A DNA stretch of 64,000 nucleotides from Strigamia acuminata (taxonomy: Eukaryota). Below the pieces are notes generated by a model. The model ran no database searches, was not told where the DNA came from, and saw only the letters and a list, made by a program, of their open reading frames with translations. The DNA lies in assembly GCA_949358305.1 (NCBI GenBank), contig OX442314.1, forward strand, positions 620,001-684,000. The letters run 5' to 3'. Positions 37,430 through 51,600 of the stretch are shown here, in pieces. The translations under genes were made by a program, and so were the position numbers. The first letter of the stretch is position 1. Each line of letters starts with the position of its first letter.

Positions 37430-40400
37430 TCAGATGGGTGGAGGACCGTCGGTGTACTGCAGCATGGGTTCAAAAGAGCGGGCAAAGTTGTTGGCCAAAC
37501 CGCAGCTGTAATCTTGTTCGGAGACGGGAATCAACGCAGCGACGCCCAGTAGAAGCAACATTAGAGCTTGAATCGGCAATGCAGCCCTCATCACGCGGCC
37601 CAAAAAGCGCGTACACTTGCCCATCGGTTCAAGGCCACGCCTGCAATTCAACAAAATTATTTTAAAAAAATTTTTGAACATTCTACAATTTTAAAAATTA
37701 AAATTAACAAAAATAAAAATTTGAGCAAATTAAATGACGATCAATCAAACGGGATTTATTTACTTGTCCACTCGCGCGTCATCGGCTCCACTATGAGAAA
37801 GGAATTTGTCTTCAAAGAACTGGGGAGAAGGAAAGGGAGAAAACAAATGAGTCGAAACAAAATAAACAAGCAAAATGATAAAATGATAAATTGGGGACAT
37901 GCAAAACGGAATATAAACCGAAAGTTCAGTGTTGGGCAAATTACTTTACCAAAGTATTTTGAAAATACCAAATAAAATACCTTGTAATATGTATTTTGAA
38001 AATACCAAATAAAATAGTATTTTCAAAATACTATTTTGCCCAACACTGCCAAAGAAAAACCAAATCGCATCGTACCTGTCGAGAGAGAGTGAGCGCGGCG
38101 CCGAATTGCTCGCTTTCCTGCGCCACTCTCGTTTGATGCTCAGTTTCTGTTTCAGTTTCTGTTTTCATGAGCCGCGTCAGTTTATCGATGTAAACGGCGC
38201 ACACGTGGTCCAAAGGGCGCAAACGCAGCGCCAGCTCGTCCAGTTTGAGTTTGACGTCGCGCGCTCCCTTCGTGTTGGTGCGCAGCAAGAACTGCGCAGC
38301 CGCCTGCTGAAACGACACGACGCGCGCCTGGCAACTCTCGACGTCCGACTTCAATTCCTTCAAACCAAATGTTAGGAAAATTTCGATTTTTTCAAACATT
38401 AAATTAAACTCTACTTGAAATTTGTTTAGTTTGCTCTCCAAAACGGATCTGTCGGCCTTCAGTTCGATGGGCTCCAGCTGACGGACGCTGTTCTCGGTCA
38501 GCTCGATCCAATCGAGCAAATCCGTGACGGTGTCCTCGAATTCGTGGCACTGCAGCAGCGTCGTCTGCAGCTGCACCTGTCGCGCCGACGCGCTTTCGCA
38601 CATCTTCTCCCACCGCGAGTTGACCGCCTTGATCCGGCCCAAAATCAACTGGTGCGTGGTCGCGGCGTCCGGTTCCTTCTCGGCCATCTGTTGCGCGGTC
38701 ACGTTCAACGACAACATGGCCGCTTTCTTCATGTCCAGCTCCACCAAGAAATTCTTCAAAACCAACAAAATTTATTATTATTATTTCTTATTTACCTAAT
38801 TATTATTATTTTGAATGAATCACTTTGTGAGCTTGAACGGCGTTCTCGAGGCGCGCCAACTGGTCGGTGCGGTCCAGTGTGTTGAGGTGAGCGCGTTCGG
38901 CTTCGTCCAGCCACGCCTCCATGGCGGCCAGGTCCTTGACGAACTGGCACCACTGCTTGTACGCGTCTTTGAGGCGCCGTTCTTTCTCCAGCGCCTCCAC
39001 CTCCAGCACCGTCCACCTCTGCAGGATGCCCTGCACGTTCAACGGCACCCCGCACTGGAGCCGGGTCAGACCCACGTCCTGTTGGATCAAGTGCTGCACC
39101 AGTTCCACGCTCGACCTACAGGAAGCGAGTTGGCGACTCTACAAAACAAAACAAAATCAAAATGGAGTTTGAGTTCAAATTTGATCTAATCAATTAATTA
39201 CATATCCTTCTGGAGATTTGTGGGTTTTAAAAATGACCGGAGTCGGACAACGCAGCGCGGCTTCCGCCTTTTCCAACCGCTCCCTGCTCTCGCAGATGGC
39301 GGCTTCCAAGTGGTCCACTCGGACCTGCACTTGCACCTCGGCCTCCATTTTCTACATTTAATTTGAAAAAATTTGAAAAAATTTGAAAAAATTTGAAAAA
39401 ATTTAAAAAAATTTAAAAAAATTGAAAAAATTTGAAAAAATTTAAAAAAGATTTCAAATTAGGCTTTAATTACCAATTTGGTCAATTCGTCTTGCAGTCG
39501 CTGCATCCTCGAGCGAACATCCGAACCAAAGTCGCTCAGTTCTTGGACTTGTTCGTCCCCTTCGAGGTGCAGTTTGGCTTCTCCTTGCGCGTACAGCTCG
39601 CGCGTCATCTGCAACTGGTGAAGTCGCTCTTGGTAATTGTCGTCGGTGAAGTGCTCGATGTTGGACAACTGCTGGTTCACCTCGGTGAGCCAAGCCAGCG
39701 CCTCGGCGCGTCTCATCTCGGCGTGTTGGCGCCGGTCGAGCAGAGGACGCAAAACAGCCAGATTTTGGCCGACGCTCTGCCGCACTCGGTCCCATGACTC
39801 GTTGATCGTTGCCACGCACTTGCGCGCGCTTCCCTCAGAGTCTACTCGGCCGGTTCGCACCAGCACGCGGTACTTCCTGTTCAAGTCGTCCAGAGCCTTC
39901 AACCGGTCTTCGATTTCCTGTTGAATTTGCTGAAATTAAATTAAATTTAATTTAATATAAGAAGATTCACTTGCAAGTGTGAAAAATATTGTTACCGTAA
40001 TTTATAATTGCTTATTGGTTTTGAACGTGATTTTTTGGCCGGTAAATGCAAAGATTTGTAAGCTTATTTACCGGATTTTAACAATTAAGAGTCGCCCTCG
40101 AATTGTATCCGCCTTCGAATAGTAGCCGCAGCTGAGACACCAAGAATACCGTAGTTTTGCAAAAGTACGGTATTGTTTCCGTATTTAACCTCACGAACGA
40201 TGAATGTACGCTTCGTTCGTGACATTCAGACGTACGGTATGTTATATTAGCCCTCCCCACGTCAACCTAGGGTCAATTTTGACCTCCTAGTAATCCTATT
40301 TTTTTTCTCGAAAACTATTGGGTTTTTCATTCTAAACTTTCATGTATTTTCATTTAACAAGCAATAAAAAAAATAATAGATTTAAAAATTGCAAAAAAAA

Positions 40401-43400
40401 TGTTCACAAAATTCCTTTGTTTACTCACGACTTTTGAATACTATAAAAATTATTTTTGTCGCTCTCTTTTGAGAAATATCAAATTGCTTAAATTTCTTCA
40501 TAAACATGAAATACTCAGAGAATAAAATCATTTTTGGCTTGAGGTAAAAAATGACCCAAGAATAAGTAATAAAGGTTCATTTTTCCCGCCATTTTTTTTT
40601 CCCCGGGAAACGGGAAATTTTAATTCAATTTCCCAGGAATTCCCGGGAAATTCCGGGAATTTAACAATATACTGTGTTTTGGCATTGTAAACCAAAAAAA
40701 AACCATTAAAGTCGTTAAAACGAGTGTAACACATTTAAACTTTAAATGTGTTTACACTCGTTTTAATTGCTGCTGAGCATTTTTTGTTGTTGTTTAAAAC
40801 TGCAATTTTTCATATTTTGTGGTCCAAAATTGCAACCAAAATATGTTTACATTTTCTTGTTCAAAATTGCAGTTAAACACATTTTGTTGTTTTAAATTGT
40901 CTTTAAACAAGTGTAGTTGTTCCAAATTTTCTTTAAACAAGTGTGGTTGTTCAAAATTGCCTTTAAACAAGTGTAGTTGTTCAAAATTGCCTTTAAACAA
41001 GTGTAGTTGTTCAAAATTGCCTTTAAACAATGTGACGGTAATGCAAAGGGAATACAACGGAAATGTGAAACGAATGCGGTAGGAATGCGAAGAGAATGTG
41101 ACGGGAATACGTAGAGAATGCGACGGGAATACGAAGAGAATGCAACGGGAATACGAAGAGAATGCGACGGGAATACAAAGAGAATGTGAAACAAATGCGA
41201 TAGGAATATGAAGAGAATGCGAAACGAATGCGACAGTCATGGGAATGCGAAGGGAATGGCTATGAAACATGGACTTATGTAGGCGACGTGAATGCAACGT
41301 GTAAGCGACGTGAATGCAAGTTGCATATTCGCCGCTTTCACGCTGCATTATGCAGCGTGTATGAAACACATATTCACCAAAAATACTATGTGTCAGAATG
41401 TCGGGTAAACCCGAGAAATTAAAACAAATTTCCCGGGAAACGGGAATTGAAAAATGGCAAAAATTCCCGGGAATGAACCTTTAGTGAGTAAGGGATTTTT
41501 TTACATTGGTAATGTTAGGGTTAAACAAATGTAACAAACGAAAAACCGAAATTGTAATTGCTGACAAAAATGGCAGTTTTGAATAAGAGCCGCATCTAGA
41601 CCATGTGACTGCAATATGGTCTTACCCGCCATGGTATGGGGATTTACCACAGCGGGATGGACGCATACATCACGTAATAACAAGACAGGGACTCAGATTG
41701 TTGGGTTTTGGCCTTTAATCGTTGTCTAGGGGTTGGGTCACCTATCTCACTGTGTGGCAGTGCTGTTAGGCACGCTACACCGGCGTCCGACCCCTCACAC
41801 CACAGAGAGTATGTTCCTATGTCAGGTCTACACACTACATTTAAATGAATTTAATTGTTCAACTCACTTGTTGTTCGAGAAGAAGTTTCTTGCAGTTTTC
41901 GTCTTTGTCTTCGGCCAAATGCACGCGTTTCTCCGTCCGAATAAGCCATTCAGAAAACACCTGAGTCGCGTTCAAGAAGGCGTCCCACAGTGATTGCGTT
42001 TCCTCGAGGAAAAGCTTGCGCCTGGAGACCGATCGGTTGATTTGTTCCCAGCGCTGCTCAAAGTCGCGCACAGTCTGCTCGAGAGAGATCAAATCTCCTT
42101 CGGTCGGGCACGCGTTCGGGTCGCTCTTCAATCGAGTGCACAGTCCAAAAACTGAGTCGACGTCGCCTCGCCTCTCTTCGATCTGTCGCTGCCGGTGTTC
42201 GAGGGCGCGCAACTGCGAGTCCAGTTCGTCCATCGCCACGTGCTTGAATTCCATCGGCACATCCAACTCGAGTTCCATTTCCTTGAACCATTTATGCAGA
42301 CAACGCAACTCCTCGTCCAACTGGCCCAGCGCTCGCAGAATGTCTCGAAGCGAAGCCAAACTGTCAATGCAATTACAAATGAAGAAATGAGAAAATTAGA
42401 AAAATTAATTAATTAGAAAAACTTTTCCCTGCAATATTGTGAACACGTAAAAACGTAAATATTACCGTTTCTCTCGTATTGAGACCAAGCTGTTCCACCT
42501 ATTCTTCGTTTCCCTCATGAGCTTGTCCAACTTCTCCGCCCGATTTTTGCTCGCCCCTTCCGCCACTTTCAAATTCTCCCCCAACGTCATCAACGACGTG
42601 AATTCCTCCATCTTCTCGTCCATCTGCTGGCAGTAAATCTAACCAATCAGATTTAAAATCAATCAATTGCATTCCAACCAAAACGAATCGAATTACGGTT
42701 TCGAGTTTGCAAATCAAATCATCGACGAAAACTTCGCCGCCGTCTCGCAGTTTGATCTCCATGTCGGCCATCCATCCGTGCAGCGCATCGCGCCGTCGCC
42801 GGAAATTCTCCCACTGCGCGAGCGCCGCCGACGTCGACTCGACGTGCTCCCGCAGCCGGAAGCGCGTCTCAACCCACAACTCGCGCACCAAGTGCACCCT
42901 GTGATGAAGCAATTTGACGTCGGTCGGCGCGATCGACTCGATCAGCTCCTCCTCGTGCTCGGCGAGCGCCTCGAACGACGCCGCCATCCCGTCGACCGTC
43001 TCCAGAAGCGCCCGGCACTCGTCCCGGCGACGTATCAGCTCGGTGCGCGTCGTGGGTTTGTCGGACGCGAGCAGATCGCGCGCGCTCTGCAGCCGCGAGT
43101 GCAGGTCCGACACGAGCACCTCGACCGACGACCACTTGGCGCGCAGGTGCTCGAGAAATCGCAACCACGTCAACAGACCGGCGCGACAGTTCTCGAGGCG
43201 CTGCGACACGCGGCCCACTTCCGTCCGCAAGTTGCTCGCCGTCGTCTTGTCGCTCTTCTCGATCAACCGCGAGACGGCCGCTTCCAATCCGTTCGTCAGT
43301 TCCTCTCCTTCTTTCATCTTGTCTAATAAAATCTGAAAAAAATTAAATTCATTAATTTATTTATTTTTTAAACTAGCTGTGCCCGGCCGCGTATTAGCAG

Positions 43401-45634
43401 AACATACCCGATTTCGGCAACAACAGTGGCCAGGAGTGACTAATGACTCAAAACAAATCATTCCCAATAAACTAATTACAACGAGTACGAAGCCGCGTCC
43501 GTCCGCGCACTTCCTGCAAAACAGGAAGTGTGTAACACTCGAGGAACGGTGGCGCCACCTGGTGGCGGTTTAAAAAAAATTGTCACGAAACGTTTTTTGT
43601 TGGTTTCAATGTCGAAATACGGTCCGATAATTCTGAAACCAAGCTCATTTTAAGGAGCAGACAATTCTGCACGAGCCTGTATTTTTTATTTTTTTATTCG
43701 GGTGAAAAAAAGTAGCGATTCGGCCCAATTTAGCTGGTGAATCAAATGAATAAATTTCAAAATGTTCGTTGCGATGTGTTTTTCAATTGTTTCTACATCA
43801 AGATGAGCTCGGAAAATTCTGAAATCAAGCTCATATCAAAGAGCATACAATTTTGCACAAGGCTGTATTTTTTAATTTTTGATTCAGTCAAAAAAAAGTA
43901 TCGATTCGGGCGATCTTTGCGGGCGACGGATTGGATAATTTTTTGCAAAATTTGAATTCGACCATGAAAAACCCAAAGTTTAAAAAAATGGACCGATTGG
44001 ATTGTTTAAAACATGTTTCCAGTGTGAAAAATTCCGCTGAAAGTGATGGTGTCAATAACTCTTTGATTGGAATTATGGTTGGGCTTTTTATTAGGAAAAA
44101 TCGATCTTATTTGGATAATAAAGGAGGAGAAAATGGTAAAAGCTACCGATAGATGGCGGTGCTTTGCGGGTATTGAGAGGTCTTTGCGGGTCTTTGCGAG
44201 TGTTTGCTGGGGTGATGGCGGGTCCTTGCGGGGGTAATGGCGGGTGCATGCGGGGGTGATGGCGGGTGTTTGCGGGGTGTTGGTGGGTGATGGCGGCATT
44301 GGCGTTTGGTTTGTTGGGTATGATTTTGGTTTGGTTTGGTTTGGGTTAAATTTTTGTTGGATTTTGGTTTGGGTTTTCCATTATTTTGCAAAATTGTATT
44401 TTTATTTTGTTTATATTTTGCTGTATGTATGTATATTGTGTTTGATTTATGGCAAAAATTGATCTATGGTGTACGGGTGAACGGCGGGTGAACAGCTAGC
44501 GATTCGGGCGATTGTAGCGGGGATCGAATGGAGAAATTTGAAAATGTTCGTCCCGATGTGTTTTTTTATGTTTTCTTTATCGAAATGAGGTCGGATAATT
44601 CTGAAACCAAGCTCATTGGAAAGATAATCAAAATCTGCACAAGTCTGTATTTTTCTTAATTCGAATCGGTTGAGAAAACATACCGATTCGGACGATCTTA
44701 GCGGGCGACATAATGAGGAATTTAGTGCAAAATTTGGATTCGATCATGAAAAACCTAAAATTTGAAAAAAGAACCGATTGGAATGTTTAAATAAAGTTTC
44801 CGGTGTGGAAAATCCTGCTGAAAACGATGGTGTCAATAACCTTTTGATTGGAATCATGGTTGGGCTTTTAATTTGCAAAAATTGATCTTTTTTGTGTACA
44901 GTTTTGAAAAATTTGTAGCCATGGTCGTGGGAAATATTAAATACTTTAAAAATCTGAATTGATATTCAGATTCCCAGAGTGTGTTTATGCTTTCTACCCA
45001 AACTGTCATTACAATTATTCAAGATGGCTGGTGTTTGTGGGCGTTTGTGGGGTGATGGCGGGTGTTTGCGGGTATTTGTGGGGTGATAGCGGGTGTTTGC
45101 GGGTATTTGTGGGGTGATAGCGGGTGTTTGCGGGTATTTGTGGGGTGATAAAGGGTGTTTGCGGGTGTTTGTGGGGTGATGGCGGGTGTTTGCGGGTATT
45201 TGTGGGGTGATGGAGGATGTTTGCGGGTGTTTGTGGGGTGATGGCGGGTGTTTGCGGGGGTGTTAGTGATCACTGCATTGACGTTTGGTTTTGTTGGGTT
45301 TGATTTTGGTTTGGTTTGGTTTGCGGGTGAACGGCGGGTGAACAGCTAGTCAAACTATACTCTTTGCACACTCAAAAGGTCCCCCTGGAAGCTTGGCTCC
45401 CATTGGCCGAGCCATTTCACTTGTGTATTGATACAGAAAAAAGAACCAAAACACCAGAAATGCATTATACAGACTTACAGATATAAATAGAAGTACAGAC
45501 ATTGCAATCGACTTCCTATCGTCTGGAAATTGTTTGCTTTCCAGACAAAGCAAGCAATAAAATTAAAAGAAAATGCATTTTAATTAAAAACAACATAAAA
45601 TTTTATTTCCAGAAGAGAAAAAATATTTTATTTC

Positions 45635-45686
<52 letters not shown>

Positions 45687-48600
45687 TATATTATTCTGGA
45701 AAAGACTAAAAATCATAGGGAACTACTTTTCCTCAAAGCAGTAGTTCAACTGCAGTTCTGAGTAATCAGACTAGGCCAATGGGAGCCAAGCTTTCAAGGG
45801 GAACTTTTGAGTGTGGAAAGAGTATAGCAAGTAAACGGATGATAAATTCAAAATTTAAAAGCAAAATTATTATTTTTAAGTTATTGAATCATTAGTCAAT
45901 CCTGGTGCATCGTTGTCGCTGAAATTGGGTATGTTCTGCCAATATGCTGCCCGGCCATGCGTTGCTGTGGCTCATAAATAAATCCCGTGGAAATAAATCC
46001 GGCGGAAATAAATAAATCCCGCGGAACTAAATAAATCCCGCGGAAATAAATAAATCCCGTAGAAATAAATAAATCTCGTGGAAATAAATAAATCCCGTAG
46101 AAATAAATCCCGAAGAAATAAATCCCGAGGAAATAAATCACGTACAACAGATGGCGCTGTTCTTCAAAGCGTGTGTTGCATTTACACTTAATGGATGGCG
46201 CTGTTTTTCCACAAAAGCATGTTTTTACCTGTCACAGGTGTGACAACCATATAAAAACCATATAAAAACACTCCCCGATTCGAATGCAACGTTGTGGCAA
46301 AATTTCAAAGCAATCGAGGAAGAACTTTCGGAGATTTGCGGTCAGTAACAAACGAACATAAATTTTTGTAAAAATAGAAGACAGAAGATTTTAAATGTTA
46401 AATTACCTCGAGTCGCTTGAGTATTTTCCCCACTTTCTTGATGGGCGTGTGTTTGAGCCGCAGCCGCAGTTTCTCCTTCTCGATCATCTTGAGCCACTGT
46501 ACCACGCGATCGTAGCGCTGCTGATAGCTCTTCCACAACTGCACGTGGCTCGACAAATCCGCCGAGCACACGTTGACGGCGTCGATGGTGCGCTGCGTGC
46601 TCTGTTTGACGGCTTCGAGCTGGTCGGGCGCGACCCCGCGCAGCATCACGTGGGACTGCGTGACCAGCAGGTTCTGCTGATTCTCTAAAAACAGCTGATA
46701 CAGCTGTTGCAAAATCAATTTTTAAATTAATAATTTAATTTAATTTAATTTGATTTAATTTGTACGGACATCGACTTTGCGCTGTTGCTGGATCACGTCG
46801 GCGAAACCGGTGCTGGACGCGACGAGGACGTTCTTGGTCTCTTCGACCGAGAACTGGCACTTGGACAGTTTCTGCTCGCAGTCGGTCGACACGACCAGTT
46901 GCGCTTGCAGCCACTGGTGGCGCTGCAGCAGGTCGACGCAGAGTTGCGACCACGAGTGCAGCACCGAGCCCACTTGTTCCTGGCGCTCGTCGTCCAGCCG
47001 GATGCGGCCGCGAGTTTCCCTCAGCGTCGTCATGCAAGGTTCGAGATCGCTGAATTCGAGCAGCAGATTCTGCAAACAAACATTGAAAATTAAATCGCTT
47101 TTTCAAATGCAGTTATTTCAGTTAAGTACTTTGACTACGGTCACTTTTTCCTGCAACACGTCCGTCTGTCTGGACCAGGCACCTTGTTCGGCCAGCACCT
47201 AATGAGGTGAAACAAAATTAAAAATTAAAAAATTAAATTGAAAAATAAGTGAAAAAATTGAAAAATAAATGAAAAAATTGAAAAATTAGTGAAAAGATTG
47301 AAAAATAAGTGAAAAATAAGTGAAAAAAATTGAAAAATAAATGAAAAAATTGAAAAATAAGTAAAAAATAAGTTAAAAATTAAAAAATCAGTGGAAAGAT
47401 TGAAAAATAAGTGAAAAATAAGTGAAAAAATTGAAAAATAAGTGAAAAAATTGAAAAATAAGTGAAAAAATTGAAAAATAAGTGAAAAAATTGAAAAATA
47501 AGTGAAAAAATTGAAAAATCAGTAAAAAAATTGAAAAAATTGAAAAGTAAGTGAAAAAATTGAGAAATAAGTGAAAAAATTGAAAAATACGTGAAAAAAT
47601 TAAAAAGTAAGTGAAAAAACTGAAAAACACGAAAAAACTTAAAAATAACCGATAGAATTAAAAAATAACCGATAGAATTAAAAAATAAATGAAAACATTT
47701 GAAAATTAAAGAAATAATTTGAAAAAACAGAAATAAATGTAAAAAATTGAAAAAATTGACAAATAAATACCGGTAAATTAAAAAAAAATTAAAATAAAAA
47801 AATTAAAATATACAGAAAAATTAATTCTTTCTTCTTTTCTCACCCTTTGCACTTTGTCGAGAAACTTGTCGATCGTGGCGAGAACCGTCACGTACGTTTC
47901 CACCTCCTTGATCTCTTCCCCGACCACGTCGCAATGCAGCGAGATCTCCGTCGCGAGAAACACTTGCTTCTGCATGAAAAAATCCACTTCCCCGGGCGTG
48001 TGCGTCTTCACCGCCGTCGAAATATCGCGCTCGTTCTGCAAAACCCCGCTCAATTCCTGCAAGCGATTGCAACGCTGTCCGGTCTGCTGAACTTGCGCCA
48101 ACAACTCCTACAAAACAAAACAAAAAATCAAAAATCAAACTTCCAACCACAACTCTCCCCTTACTTTGCAGATGTGCACGTGGTTCGTTTTATCCTCCAC
48201 CAAATTAGACAGCAACTCTTGGAACTTCACTTCCTGCGCGTCCAACTCCGCGTTCAGGCCCTCGTACTCGCGTCGATACTTCTGCCAGACGTCAAACGCG
48301 AGTCGCATCTGCGCCGTCCTCGCGCAAATCAGCTCCTCCTTCTCCTTCCAGCGCCGCCTGAACTCGTCGATGCTGTTTCCGATCGTCTCCGCGAGAGGCC
48401 GCGCGCTGTCCGCCTTGACGCGGTTGGCGGCCGACAGCAGACGCGTCACGACCGCGTCGTCGCTCTTCATTCGCTCGGCCAGTGCTTGCAGCTGCTCGAT
48501 CTGGTCGCCGAACGCCTCGATCTCGAGCGCGGGCACCGTGTGTTGCGCGACCACGTAGTCCAGGTCGAGCAGTTTCTTGAGAAACGCGTCGCGCGCCGCG

Positions 48601-51600
48601 TGGAATTGGTTCCAGCCGTCGATGCGCGTCGTCAGCATCGAGTCGAGCTGTCCGCAGCCCTTCTCCAGCGCGCTCCACTTCTTCTCGAGCGCGGCCGTCT
48701 GCTGGTTCACGTTCTCCCGCAACGCCGCGCCACAGTCCTCGTAGTCTCGCAGTTTGTTCGCGAGCGTCGTCGCGCGGGTCAAAATCGCGTTCTTCGCTCG
48801 GATTTCGTTGCCCAAGTCCTGTTTTAATGGAATTTTTTAATTTAATTTAATTTAGTTTAATTGTTACTTCCTCTGTCCCAAATTATGGTATACATTTGTG
48901 GCTTTATATAATTTTTTTTCATTATAAAAATACAAAATTAATATAATTAATGTAAACTTATTAAAGCTGACTCCAAATAAACAAAATGGCGGACCCGCTG
49001 GTCCGCGACGCACACACTAGCTTGTTAAATTCAAAGTGATCTTTATTACAAATTATTACATTTAAATATGAGACTGGTCAGCCCTGATTGGCTGACCACA
49101 AGGAACAGCCCCCAATTGGCTGTCTACCCCCAAAACGTCTATCGGACATATTCGCATATGTCCGCCCGCCCTCTGGCGACCGTTGTCGCCTGTCGAAACC
49201 CCAAAACTCCACACTCGGTCATCCGACTAAATGTCGGCGCCCCCGCCGACACCTGTTAACTCGTCTTCGGCTCCCGATGCTGCGTCGTCCTCGAATGTCC
49301 ACTTCTTCATCTGGTCGATTGGTGCGGTCGTTTTGTATCGAGGCGGGTTTTCAAGACTCGTAACCTCGTACACCGTGCTCGAAATCCGCCGACTTACTCG
49401 CAAAGGTCCCCGGTACAGATTACTGAGTTTTCCCGCTTTGCCTTGTATTGCGATCGCTTTCCTTCGTACGACGACCACATCTCCGACCTCGTATGTCCGA
49501 CTTGGTCCTCGATGTCTATCGAACGCCTTTTTCTGCTTGATCTGGTTTTCTGTAAGTGTTTCGTACGCTTCGTTCCTTACGTCCTCGATTTCCGTCTCGT
49601 TTTCATCGTTTTCCTCGACTACTATCGCTGATAATCTTGGCTCGATGATCGTCCTCGGCTGGAATCCATACAACACCTCCAATGGTGTTTTCTTGGTCGA
49701 TTGGTTGATTCTTGAGTTGATCGCGATTTCAACCTTGTCAATCCCTTTGCTCCAATCGCTCCCGTCGTCCTTCGTCGTTTGGCTCGCCAACATTGGAACT
49801 ATCGTTCGGTTCATCCTTTCCACTTGTCCGTTCGCTCTCGGATTTTCTGTCGAAGTCAGCACGTGTCGAATCTCGAGTTCCGTGCACATCTCTGCAAATA
49901 ATGCGTTGGTGAACGCAGTTCCTCGATCTGTAATAATCCGCGTCGGGATCCACATTCGTGCACACAGCTTCCGAATCTCTTTGCACGTAGTCGTTGCGTT
50001 CGTTGATTTCACTGGCATCAGAAAGACCAATTTCGAAAAATTGCATACCGCCACCAGAATGTGTCGATACCCAATGCCGCTCTTCGGAAAGGGGCCCACA
50101 TGATCCAGGTGAACAGTGTGGAATGGCACCCTTTGTCTCTCGATAATATTCAACTCGCCGGCCCGTTTTCCTCCTGGTTCCTTCCTCATCAAACACTCGA
50201 CACACGTTCCTACGGCTGCCTTTACGTAACTTCGCATCCTGGGGAACCAAAACCTCTTCCGAATCGCCTCAATTGTTGCGTCGACTCCTGGATGCGCGTG
50301 TCCAATATGTACTTCGTTCGTGATCTGTCTCCGCATCATCTTGGGCAAATACAATACATCCCTTCGCCGTCCATTTGCCGTCAATTCGAAATAAACGTGT
50401 CCCTTCTTGATTCTGTATCCTCGGCTCTTGTGCTGCATTCGTTCGTTCAATAAACTTTTATCTTCTATCAACAGCGCGTCCTTCAACTCTTTACACTCGG
50501 GATCGCTTTCCTGCGCAGCCACGAGCCAGTCGCCTTCTGTAAATTTAATTTGGTTAACTTTGAACCGTCGTTCCATCTCCGTTTCCTCGCCGCTCGCTGG
50601 TTCCGCGTTCCTACTCAGGGCGTCGACGTGGCCCATGAGTAATCCTGGTCGATGTATTGCTTTGAAATTATATTCCGAAAGCGCCAACACCCATCTCCCG
50701 ATTCGTGGCGTCAACTCCCGTTTCTTCAACCCGTACCGTACCGCCTCGCAATCTGTCACCACCGTAAACTCTGAGCCGTACAAATACATCCGAAATTTCA
50801 ATACTGCCCAAACTACCGCCATCAACTCGAGCTCCGTTGAATGATATCGCTTCTCGCATTCGGTCGTCGTTCTACTCGCGTAGATAATCGGGTGCAGATC
50901 GTTTCCTTCGCCTCGCTGCATCAACACTGCTCCGATCCCGTCTTGTGATGCGTCCGTATGCACCTCGCACGGTCGTGTGTTATCGTAGATCTTCAACACG
51001 GGCTCCGCAATCAATTCTCCAATTAACCCCTGAAACGCCGCTTCACACTCAGTCGTCCACACAAACGTTTCGTTCTTGCGAGTTAATTTCGTCAGCGCTC
51101 TCGTTTTTGTCGCATATCCTGCGATGAATCGTCGGAAATACCCACACAATCCCAAAAAGCTCCTTACGCCTCGTACGTCTTTTGGCTTCGCAAAATTCTT
51201 GATCGCGCTTGTCTTCTCGAATCCTGGTCGCAGGCCGTCTTTCGTCAGTCGTAGCCCGAGAAACTGTACTTCTTCGCAGAGGAAGTGGCACTTGCTCAAC
51301 TTCAACGTGAGCTTCGATCTTCTCACCTCGATTAAGATCTTTCGCATCTTCTCGATTAACTCCGCGTTCGTTTTCGCACCCGATAGAAGATCGTCCATAT
51401 ATCTGCGCAGTACTTCGTATGGCAAATGTCCGAACGCCAACTCCATCACTCGATTGAAAACAAACGGCGCGTTTATCAACCCAAACGGCATCCGTACAAA
51501 CTGGTATTTGCCGTTCATTGTCGAAAATGCTGTCTTCTCTTGCGCTCCGGCCGTTAATTCGATCTGGTAGTAACCCGACGCCAAGTCGAACACTAGGAAG

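Larger units (their letters stand above)
43373..46388 (-). mobile_element. Non-autonomous Helitron-like element (5'-TC ... CTAG-3', inserted between A and T) split by a 2.56-kb insertion
   Basis: Minus strand starts a|TCTTCTG at 46388 and ends CACAGCTAG|t at 43373; removing 43389-45956 restores the 3' hairpin gccacagcaacgcatggccgggcacagctag. Confidence 0.75.

Noticed and set aside
45635..45690. Poly-Leu ORF suggesting a signal peptide
   Set aside because: (TTA)n microsatellite inside a MITE.
49212..49227. A tRNA-Leu gene
   Set aside because: Only short terminal matches, 5 kb apart and on opposite senses; no cloverleaf.
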